Assembly: GCA_965248695.1 (NCBI GenBank) | Contig: CBDFKD010000002.1 | Coordinates: 2,944,001-3,008,000, forward strand | Source of the DNA: Acidobacteriota bacterium | GTDB lineage: Bacteria > Acidobacteriota > UBA890 > WLXD01 | Direction: 5' to 3' | DNA: 64,000 nt | Shown: positions 49,471 through 57,734 of the stretch, piece by piece | Numbering within the stretch: position 1 is the stretch's first letter | How the letters are laid out: every line of letters begins with the position of its first letter | Position numbers and translations under genes: made by a program | Notes under the pieces: model-generated | The model's input: only the letters and a program-made list of their open reading frames with translations | What the model was told of the DNA's origin: nothing | Database searches by the model: none

Positions 49471-50381
49471 GCGAACGCGGCCTTCAACGCCTGGATGTGG
49501 GGCACGCCGAGGCCGCAGCATCCGCCGATGATCTGGGCACCAGCGTCTACCCAGACACGAGTCTCGCGCACCAGATCCTCCGGATCGATGATGTCCACGA
49601 ACTGCCAGTTGGGCATCGTGAAGTACCCCGACTCCGGGTAGGCCCCGATCGGACCCGACCAGTGCTCCTTCACCGTGGCGAGTCCCGGTCCGGTGTCGGC
49701 GATGGCGCTATGCATGACGTTGACCACCCCGATGCCCGATCCAGCCAGCTCGCTTACCAGCTGCCCGACGTCCACCTCCGATCTGTCGAAGCCGACGACG
49801 TTGCCGGTGTCGGCATCGACCATACAGCTCACACCGAGCCACACCGGCAGGCCGGTGGCCACCGCCGCCTCGACCTGCATCGGCGAGTACTCCGGGTGGT
49901 AGCACATCTCCAGCGCGATCAGCTCCGCACCCGCCCCGGCGAGCACGTCGGCCTGGCGGCGAAAGCCGTCAGCGAGTTGCTCGGGCCCGGGAGCGGAGTC
50001 CGGATTTACCCAGGGGCACATCGATCCGGCGATCGCCAAGGGCCCCTGCGCTGCCTGCTCGCGCGCCTGCAGCGCCACCTCGACCCCGCGGACGTTGATG
50101 CTCTCCATCTGGTCGCCGAGCCCCGCGAGGTTCAGCGCTTCCTGGCCAGAGGCGAAGGTGTTGGTAATGATCACCTCTGCCCCGGCCTCGATGTAGTCGA
50201 CGTGGGCGTCACGCACCATCTCGGGGTGCGTCTGCAGCGCCACGCCACTCCAGTTCTTGTCGTTCATCGGCACGCCGCGAGCCTCGAGCTCGGTGCCCAT
50301 GGCGCCGTCGATCAGCACCAGGCCGCCGCCAGCGATCTTGTCGTGTAGCCAATCCGGTCCGCATCGTCCGGGAGGTGCCAT
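49467..50381 (-). CDS. Homocysteine S-methyltransferase family protein
   Basis: IDGAMGTEL, H.DYIEAGAEVIITNTF, IAGS, GAYP, IIGGCCGLG..HI. Confidence 0.88.
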   Translation of the reverse strand: MAPPGRCGPDWLHDKIAGGGLVLIDGAMGTELEARGVPMNDKNWSGVALQTHPEMVRDAHVDYIEAGAEVIITNTFASGQEALNLAGLGDQMESINVRGVEVALQAREQAAQGPLAIAGSMCPWVNPDSAPGPEQLADGFRRQADVLAGAGAELIALEMCYHPEYSPMQVEAAVATGLPVWLGVSCMVDADTGNVVGFDRSEVDVGQLVSELAGSGIGVVNVMHSAIADTGPGLATVKEHWSGPIGAYPESGYFTMPNWQFVDIIDPEDLVRETRVWVDAGAQIIGGCCGLGVPHIQALKAAFA

Positions 50382-50535
50382 GCCGATGATCTCCTTCGTT
50401 TGCTTTTCGCCAGCGAGAACGGCGGGGCCAGCGTGCGGAACGGGCTTCAGCGCATGGGTCAGATCCGACACGGGCGCCGCTGGTGCGCACGGAGTCTACA
50501 CCCGCGCGCGAGCATAGGGACCAGGCACGGCCTTC

Positions 50536-51762
50536 ATGCCAACCGGCTACCCTAGATCCGTGAAGGAGATTGGAGCCTGTATCTCGATTGCGCTACTGGT
50601 GGCGACCGCGCCCGGCGCCCCGGACGGCGACGGACCGGTCCGTAGCGCGCCGATCATCACGCCGATGGCGGCCGCCATCGACATCCCGACCTGCGGCAAT
50701 CGGCGGCAGCTGTACTCGGTGGCGCCCGTCGACCCCGCCGATCTGAGCCACATCATCCCGTTGGGCAACCTCAATCCGCCGGGGCACACTTTCCCCACGG
50801 CCCACTTCTACCAGCACATCAGGCGCGTGGTGCCAGGCGACCGTTCGACACCCTCAGTGGAGGTGCCGGTCGTGGCGCCAGGCCAGGTCTGGATTACCCG
50901 CATCTCCTACACCGAGAACCTGGATCAGGGAACGAAGGACTACTCGTTGCGGTTCTCGCCGTGCGTCGAGCACGAGGCCTATTTCATCCACCTGACGACG
51001 CTGGCTCGCAAGCTCGACCGGCAGCTGGTGGAGCCGCTGAGTTGCAACGAGTACACCACCGGGGGCGAGCAGTGGCGACAATGCACCAAGGAGGTGCACA
51101 CAGAGCTTGCCGCCGGCGACGCGATCGGGACTGCCGGCGGGGCGCTCGACCGCAACGCCCTCGACCTCGGCGCCTCCGATTCCAGAGCCACGCCATCCGT
51201 CTACGCGAATCCGCAGCGCTGGGAGCATCGGCCCCAGCAGCTGATCTTGGTGTGCGCGCTGGACTATTTCGCCCCTGCGGTGCGACGGCGGCTGCGCTCA
51301 CTTCTCGGCGACGCCGAGACCCGTCGCAAGGAGCCGCCGCGCTGCGGTGAGGTGGCCCAGGACGCCCCCGGCACTCTGCAGGGGATCTGGTTTGTCGCCG
51401 GAACTCGCGAGCTGATCTCCGAGGACCGTCACCTTGCCCTGGCTCACGACAACATCGATCCGGCCAAGGGTGTGTTCTCGGTCGGCACGTCGATGCGCAA
51501 GAGTGGCCTCGCTTCCGCCACCTATTTCTTCGAGCCGGCGACGGCCGGGAGACGAAACCGCGACTTCGGGCAGGTCCGCAAGCGCAACAAGGTCTACTGC
51601 TACGAGGTGAGCCGCCGCTTCGCCGCGGAGACAGACCCGCTGACGGTCATCCTCGCCATGTTGACCGGCCCGTCGACGTTGCGGCTGCAGCGCAGCGAGC
51701 TCAGCGCCTGCGGCGGTCCCCCGTGGCAGATGGGTAACGACTACACCGAGTTCGAGCGCTAG
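50536..51762 (+). CDS. Hypothetical secreted Cys-rich protein with a possible degenerate M23-like domain
   Basis: Hydrophobic leader; PVVAPG, YFIHLT, LAAGDAIGTAG, ALDLG. Confidence 0.6.
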   Translation: MPTGYPRSVKEIGACISIALLVATAPGAPDGDGPVRSAPIITPMAAAIDIPTCGNRRQLYSVAPVDPADLSHIIPLGNLNPPGHTFPTAHFYQHIRRVVPGDRSTPSVEVPVVAPGQVWITRISYTENLDQGTKDYSLRFSPCVEHEAYFIHLTTLARKLDRQLVEPLSCNEYTTGGEQWRQCTKEVHTELAAGDAIGTAGGALDRNALDLGASDSRATPSVYANPQRWEHRPQQLILVCALDYFAPAVRRRLRSLLGDAETRRKEPPRCGEVAQDAPGTLQGIWFVAGTRELISEDRHLALAHDNIDPAKGVFSVGTSMRKSGLASATYFFEPATAGRRNRDFGQVRKRNKVYCYEVSRRFAAETDPLTVILAMLTGPSTLRLQRSELSACGGPPWQMGNDYTEFER

Positions 51763-51840
51763 CAGCGGGAGACGCCCGGCGAGATGCGGACGCTACCGGG
51801 CGGTCCTTTTCGCCCGGATCGACTATAAGATGTCGGCAGC

Positions 51841-53067
51841 ATGAAGAGCACCTGGCGACGAAGTACCACGATAGCCCTTGGCGCCCTCGCAGGGCTGGCT
51901 GCCTGCTCCAATCAGGAGACCGGGGTGCCGGAGCAGACGAACCCGTCGCCGCAGACCCCCGCGGTGCAGGCGGCGCACGACGCAGTCAGCAACCCCGACG
52001 ATACGTACGTCGACGAGCTCGGGATGGAGTTCGGGATACCCATCAACCATCCTGCCATCGTCCACCCGGGCTCCGACGACTTTCCCAGCGGTCCGGCGGT
52101 GGGCGAGCGACTCCCCGACTTCACGCTGCCGAACCAGCACGGGGAAATGATCGATTTCCAGCAACACCACGCGGGCCAGAAGGCGGTTGTTGTCTTCTAT
52201 CGATCCGCCGTCTGGTGACCCTACTGCATGACGCAGCTGGTCGAGCTGCAGAAGAAGATCGGCGAGTTCGAAGCTGCTGGCATCCGCGTGTACGGCGTCA
52301 GCTACGACCCGCAGTCGGAGCTCGAGGCCTTCTCGGACCGCTACGGGATCACCTATGACCTGCTTTCGGACGTCGATTCGGCGGTTATCCGGCGGTTCGG
52401 GATTCTCAACACACTCGTCGACCCGGACGACCCTCGCGCCAGCGACCTGTATGGGATTCCGTTTCCGGGCACCTATGTAGCCGACGCATCCGGCGTCGTC
52501 ACCGAGAAGTTCTTCAACCGCCACTACGCGACCCGCGACTCGGCTGGGACGATCCTCGACAAGGCGCTCGGCGAGGTCCTGCTTCACGAGGAGGCACCGC
52601 AAACTGATCAGCAAGATGAGCGCGTCCGCATCACCGCCTTCCTCTCGGATACGGATCTGAAACTCGAGGTCACCAACACGCTCTACGTCCGTCTCGAGCT
52701 GGCGGCGAACCACCACGTCTACGCCGAGCCCCTTCCCCAGGGTTTCTACCCGACCACGGTCGACGTGCAACCGGCCCGTGGCCTCAGGGTCGGCGACGCG
52801 ATCTACCCGCCAACCAGACCGAGAGAGTTCGAGATCCTCGGCGTGACGCTCAACGTCTACGAGGATGCCGCCGAGATCGCTGTTCCAATCACCGCGACGA
52901 CACTGCTGTGGGACGATTCGGAAACCCTCGAGGCCGATAGCACCCTGCCGCTCGAGCTGGATATCGTGGTCGACTACCAGGTCTGCAGTGAGACCATCTG
53001 CTACCGGCCGGAGACGGCGCGACTGCAGATCGAGGTACCGATCGCGGCATTGGAAGAGCCGCAGTGA
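51841..53067 (+). CDS. Selenoprotein: lipoprotein AhpC/TSA-type redoxin (UxxC) fused to a DsbD-N-like domain, 408 aa
   Basis: Track ORFs 51841-52218 and 52228-53067 are in the same frame, joined by TGG TGA CCC TAC TGC = W-U-P-Y-C. The redoxin fold (VGERLPDFTLPNQHG...VVVFYRS...VYGVSYD...LLSD...PGTYV) spans the TGA. Lipobox LAAC; C-terminal YQVCSETICY. Confidence 0.88.
52233..52249 (+). promoter_or_regulatory. Putative bacterial SECIS
   Basis: GCAGCU-GGUCG-AGCUGC: perfect 6-bp stem, loop starts with G, 20 nt between UGA and loop. Confidence 0.65.
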
Positions 53068-53352
53068 TCCGCGGGTCGTAGGCACTGCCCCATCGCCGGA
53101 AAACGTCGCCACGGCCATCACGAATTGACCGGGCGGTCGGCTTCCGCGCGGCGACCGAGCCGACACCGCACCGTCAAGAATCCGAGCTGCGCTGAGTCCG
53201 CATCCCCGGACTGGTATGGTGCCTCCTTCTGCCGCCCTGTGAGCCCGCTATGAGCTCCAGGCTGCAGAACGAGAGGAGCTAATGGGCAACGAAAGAGCGC
53301 GTCACGAAGGGGATCGACACCTGCTCGCGAGCGGCCAGCATCGAGAACCGTC

Positions 53353-55530
53353 GTGAGTGGGCGCGGCCCTCGGATCGTCATGGCGTGCGGTCTTCTGGCG
53401 ACCTTCGCGACCGGCACTGCGGCAGTGCCGGCCTTGCAGAACCCTCAACAGGTGTTCGACCGCGCGGTCGAGGACTTCCGCGCCGGACGGCTACACGATG
53501 CCGCGACGGCGTTCGACCGCCTGGTCGAGCTCGCCCCGGGCTCCGCTGCGCATCTGTGGCAGCGCGGCATCGCTCTCTACTACGTCGGTCGCTACCAGGA
53601 CTGCCGTGAGCAGTTCGAAGCACACCGCACAGTCAATCCGAACGACGTCGAGAACGCTGCCTGGCACTTCCTGTGCGTTGCCCGCGCCGAGTCTCCGGCG
53701 GCGGCGGGCGCCGCGCTGTTGCCGGTGGGGCCGGACGCGCGCGCACCGATGGCGGAGATCTATCGCATGTTCCGCGGCGAGCTGGCGGCCGATGAGCTAT
53801 TGACCGCGGCCGGCGCCGGGGTATCGGCGCAGTTCTACGCCCACCTCTACCTTGGCCTCTATCACGAGGCTTGGGGACGCGACGAGGCCGCGCTACGACA
53901 CATCCAAACCGCCGCCGACAATCGATACGCCGACGTAGGTGGGTACATGCACATGGTGGCACGGGTGCACTTGGGCGCTCAGCGAACTGACTACGGCGAC
54001 CTCCTGGATCTCTTCGAGGGTTGGCGAGCGTTCGAGAGACCGACCTTCACCGACGGCGTGCCGGACTACTCCCGCGCTGCGATGGCAACACAGGCAGACG
54101 CGCTGCCGGCCTACCGCGCCCGGCTCGAGGCGATCGAGATCGACTCATGGCCGATCGCCCAGCAGATCGACTGGCACCTGGTGCGCGCCGAGATGAACGG
54201 GCTCGACTTCGATCATCGCGTACGGCGACCGTGGGCCAACAATCCTGCCTTCTACGTGATGCTGTTCCCGGCCGAGTCGGACGTGCCTGCCCACGAGGGC
54301 CCGGTCATCCACGGCTGGATCGATACCTGGACGTACGACTACCCGCTATCGCCCGCCGACGCCGCCGCGCTGACCGAGCGCGTGGCGGCGATCCCGCCGC
54401 TGCTGGAGCAGGCGCGCGGCAATCTGGTGGGCGATGGACACGATCTGTGGCGCATGAGCGTGGGCTCGATACGTGGCCAGAGTGCCAACCTCGCCAGCTT
54501 CGGGGAACGAGTAGCCGGCACGAGCGCCGCACTCGACCGCGCGGTCCAGGAGGCCATCGTCGCCAGCGATCGCTTCGCTGGGTGGCTCGAGCTTCAGTTA
54601 CCTTCCAAGACCGGGGTGTCGGGCGTCGGAAAAGACAACTACAGCTGGTATCTGCAGAACGTCCACCTTGTTCCCTACACCTGGGAGCAGCAGCTCACGC
54701 TGATGCGCCGCGAGCTCTGGCGCGCCCATGCGTCGCTTCGGCTCGAAGAGAACCGCAACCGCCACCTGCCGCGGCTGAGCCGCTACCAGTCTGCCGTCGA
54801 GTACGACGAGGCGCTCAACACCGCGGTCACCGAGTACATGGAGTTTCTCGCGGAAGAAGAGATCCTGACGATCCGTGACTACATGGACGAGGCGCTGCGC
54901 GAGCGGATTGGTCGTTTTGCGCCCCCCTCGCGCGCCGACGGACTGCGCGGCTTTTTCGCCGAGGTCGACTACCGAGACGGCGAGGTCATGCGCACCCACG
55001 GGTATCACTGGTTCGACCTCGCCCGCATGCGACTCGAGCCGCACGAGAGCCCGATTCGGCGCGTTCCTGCCCTGTTCAACATCTATGACGCGCGCTCCGA
55101 GGGCATGGCCACCGGCATCGAGGAGATGATGATGCACGCCGGCGCCTTCGACGATAAGCCGCGCGCCCGTGAGCTGATCTGGATCTTGCTGGCACAACGC
55201 GCTGCACGCGCTATCGGCGGTCTCATGCAGCACGGTCGGGAATGGTCGCTACAGGAGGCCGCCGAGTTCGCCTCCGAGTGGGTGCCGCGCGGCTGGCTAC
55301 CGTCCGACGGGGCGACGATCCAGTTCGAGGAGCACTTCTACCTTACGCAGCCCGGCTACGGCACGAGCTATGTCATGGGCAAGATCGAGATCGAGCAGCT
55401 TCTTGCCGAGCGCGCCATCCAGCTTGGCGACGAGTTCAGCCTCAAGCGATTCATGGACGAGTTTTCCGCCGTCGGAGTGATCCCGGTATCCATGGTTCGC
55501 TGGGAGCTCACCGGTCGCAGCGAAGAGTAG
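53353..55530 (+). CDS. TPR (NlpI-like) domain fused to a DUF885-like domain, secreted
   Basis: N-terminal LWQRGIALYY...NPNDVENAAWHFLC...FYAHLYLGLY...YMHMVARVH. C-terminal RSEGMAT..EE, Y..QPGYGTSYVMGK..IE.L, LGDEFSLK.F.DEF. Confidence 0.7.
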   Translation: MSGRGPRIVMACGLLATFATGTAAVPALQNPQQVFDRAVEDFRAGRLHDAATAFDRLVELAPGSAAHLWQRGIALYYVGRYQDCREQFEAHRTVNPNDVENAAWHFLCVARAESPAAAGAALLPVGPDARAPMAEIYRMFRGELAADELLTAAGAGVSAQFYAHLYLGLYHEAWGRDEAALRHIQTAADNRYADVGGYMHMVARVHLGAQRTDYGDLLDLFEGWRAFERPTFTDGVPDYSRAAMATQADALPAYRARLEAIEIDSWPIAQQIDWHLVRAEMNGLDFDHRVRRPWANNPAFYVMLFPAESDVPAHEGPVIHGWIDTWTYDYPLSPADAAALTERVAAIPPLLEQARGNLVGDGHDLWRMSVGSIRGQSANLASFGERVAGTSAALDRAVQEAIVASDRFAGWLELQLPSKTGVSGVGKDNYSWYLQNVHLVPYTWEQQLTLMRRELWRAHASLRLEENRNRHLPRLSRYQSAVEYDEALNTAVTEYMEFLAEEEILTIRDYMDEALRERIGRFAPPSRADGLRGFFAEVDYRDGEVMRTHGYHWFDLARMRLEPHESPIRRVPALFNIYDARSEGMATGIEEMMMHAGAFDDKPRARELIWILLAQRAARAIGGLMQHGREWSLQEAAEFASEWVPRGWLPSDGATIQFEEHFYLTQPGYGTSYVMGKIEIEQLLAERAIQLGDEFSLKRFMDEFSAVGVIPVSMVRWELTGRSEE

Positions 55531-55543
55531 GACGAGGGCTGAG

Positions 55544-57160
55544 ATGCTCGATGTCGGCGACGCGTACCCTCCCTTCGAGCTACAGCGTGCCGATGGGGAG
55601 GCGTGGAGCTCCACCCCGGAAACCGTGGCCGGCCCGGTGCTGCTCGCGATCCTGGAGACCGACTGTCCGACGTGTCGGCTGATCGTCCCTTACCTATCGC
55701 GCCTCGACGAAGCGCTGTCTCCGACCCCCGGGCGAGTAGTGGCGGTGTCGCAGGACTCTTCGGCCGACACCGACGCAATGCTCAGCAGTCTCCGCTTCAG
55801 CCCGCCGGCGCTGATCGATGACCAGCTCGACGTCTCTCGAACTTTCGACCCCCCGAGCGTGCCGGCGCTGTTCGTTCTGGGAACCGATGGACGCCTCGAA
55901 TTCGCTTCCATTGGCTTCGATAAGGGCGACCTGAACCAGATCGCCGCCCGCATGATGGAGGCCTACGGGCTGGCAGTCCGGTGCATCGCCGAACCCGACG
56001 ATGGGGCACCGGAGAGCAAGCCCGGCTGTGCATCGCGGCACGTGGAGCCCCCCGACGATGCCGCGATGCCACGCGCGGCGCCGATCGACCTGCACCCGCA
56101 GGAGGGAACACGGGCGACCAGGCTGACACTCGACGAGGATATCGACCTCTACGAGTACTGCATGGACGCCGGGTTCTCGCCGTGCCTGCCGGTGGTCCCT
56201 CCCACTGCGGCGCGCGTCGATCGCACCCTCGCGGCGACCCCCTTGCCCGCCGACCGGGTGATCGGCCTGGTACCTCCGTGCTACGGCGAGGCTACCGTCG
56301 AGAAGATCGCCGCCAACGCCGTGATGGCCGGCTGCAAGCCCGAGTACATGGAACTGCTGGTGCCGCTGATACGAGCCGCTTGCGACGAGCGCTTCAACCT
56401 CCATGGCGTGCAGGCCACTACCCACTCCGCCACACCGTTGGCGATCGTCAGTGGCCCGGCCGTCGATCGCCTCGGACTGACCTGCGGCGCCGGGCTGTTC
56501 GGAAACACGGCGCGCGCCAACAGCACCATCGGTAGGGCGTTCCAGCTCGTGATCACGAATCTCGGCGGCGCGCTACCGGGCGAGATCGACATGTCGACGT
56601 TGGGGAATCCCGGCAAGTTCTCCTATTGCATCGCCGAGAACCGTGCGGCGAGCCCCTGGGAGCCGCTGCATGTCGAGGACGGATTCGGTGCTAACGACAG
56701 CACGGTCACGCTGTTCGGGGCGGCCGGCATCCAGGAGGTCAGCGACCATACCGCTCGTTCCGGCGCGCAGCTCTTGCGAACGATCGCCGCGACGCTCGCC
56801 GTGGTCTGGAGCTGGCGTGTCTGTGGGCGCGTCGACGCGTTGCTGGTGATGTCGCCGGAGCATGCGGCGACAATGGCGGCGGATGGATTCACCAAGACCG
56901 ACATACGCGATTTCCTGTTCGACAACACCGGTGTGCCGTTGCGGGCGTTCGATCACGACGGCACCGAGGGGTCTCAACTTCGCGACAGGTACGATGAGAT
57001 CCGCATCGATGGGGAGCCGCACTATCGCAAGTTCAGCGACCCGAGCCAGATTCGCATTGTCGTCGCCGGCGGCACAGCAGGTAAATTCTCCGCGGTGATC
57101 GGCGGTTGGCCATCCGGTCCCGGCGGTACCCAGATCGTCACCTACCCGGTCGCGTGGTGA
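55544..57160 (+). CDS. CxxC redoxin domain fused to the uncharacterised PVVPPT domain (partner of the UGSC selenoprotein)
   Basis: N-terminal thioredoxin fold DCPTC, SQD, SVPALF, KPGC. C-terminal LPVVPPT..RV, ATVEKIAANAVMAGCKPEY, QATT, RANSTIGRA, TLGNPGK, AEN..SPWEPLH, IVVAGG. Confidence 0.8.
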   Translation: MLDVGDAYPPFELQRADGEAWSSTPETVAGPVLLAILETDCPTCRLIVPYLSRLDEALSPTPGRVVAVSQDSSADTDAMLSSLRFSPPALIDDQLDVSRTFDPPSVPALFVLGTDGRLEFASIGFDKGDLNQIAARMMEAYGLAVRCIAEPDDGAPESKPGCASRHVEPPDDAAMPRAAPIDLHPQEGTRATRLTLDEDIDLYEYCMDAGFSPCLPVVPPTAARVDRTLAATPLPADRVIGLVPPCYGEATVEKIAANAVMAGCKPEYMELLVPLIRAACDERFNLHGVQATTHSATPLAIVSGPAVDRLGLTCGAGLFGNTARANSTIGRAFQLVITNLGGALPGEIDMSTLGNPGKFSYCIAENRAASPWEPLHVEDGFGANDSTVTLFGAAGIQEVSDHTARSGAQLLRTIAATLAVVWSWRVCGRVDALLVMSPEHAATMAADGFTKTDIRDFLFDNTGVPLRAFDHDGTEGSQLRDRYDEIRIDGEPHYRKFSDPSQIRIVVAGGTAGKFSAVIGGWPSGPGGTQIVTYPVAW

Positions 57161-57194
57161 AAGCAACCGCCGGCCACTTCACAGGAGCCCGGTC

Positions 57195-57734
57195 ATGCCA
57201 GAGATCTTGGTAAACCCGCTCGACGAAGCCGCCCAGGCACCACAGCCGGCGGCCCCTCGGCTCGACGAGCTCGAAGGCAAGACGATCGGACTGCTCGACA
57301 TCAGCAAACCCGGCGGCAGCGTGCTGCTGGACAGGTTGGAGGAGCTGTTGCGCGAGCACCATGGGGTAACAAGCTTCGTGCGGGAGGTGAAGCCGACGTA
57401 CACGAAGCCCGCCCCCGACAGTGTGCTGCAGCGGCTCGGTCTCGCCGACGGCGTCATCGAGGCGCTGGCCGACTGAGGATCGTGCACAACGTGCAGTTTG
57501 CACGACTCCGTCAGCCTCGAGAATCGCGGCATTCCCACCGTTCCGATCGCCACCGACGAGTTCCGCACTGCCGCACGAATCCAGGCGAACCGACTCGGGC
57601 GTCCGGATCTCGATGCAGTCTACGTTTCGCATCCCATCCAGGATCAGACCGAGGCCGAGATCCAGGCGCGGGCGGAAGCAGCCATCGGACAGATCGTCGA
57701 CCGACTCACCACCGCCGCCGGCAACGAGACCTGA
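57195..57734 (+). CDS. UGSC-motif selenoprotein, 179 aa
   Basis: Track ORFs 57195-57476 and 57498-57734 are in the same frame: GAC TGA GGA TCG TGC ACA ACG TGC = D-U-G-S-C-T-T-C, then HD...LENRGIPTV...HP. N-terminal APRLDELEGKTIGLLDISK. Confidence 0.9.
57490..57504 (+). promoter_or_regulatory. Putative bacterial SECIS
   Basis: CGUGCA-GUU-UGCACG: perfect 6-bp stem, loop starts with G, 19 nt between UGA and loop. Confidence 0.62.
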
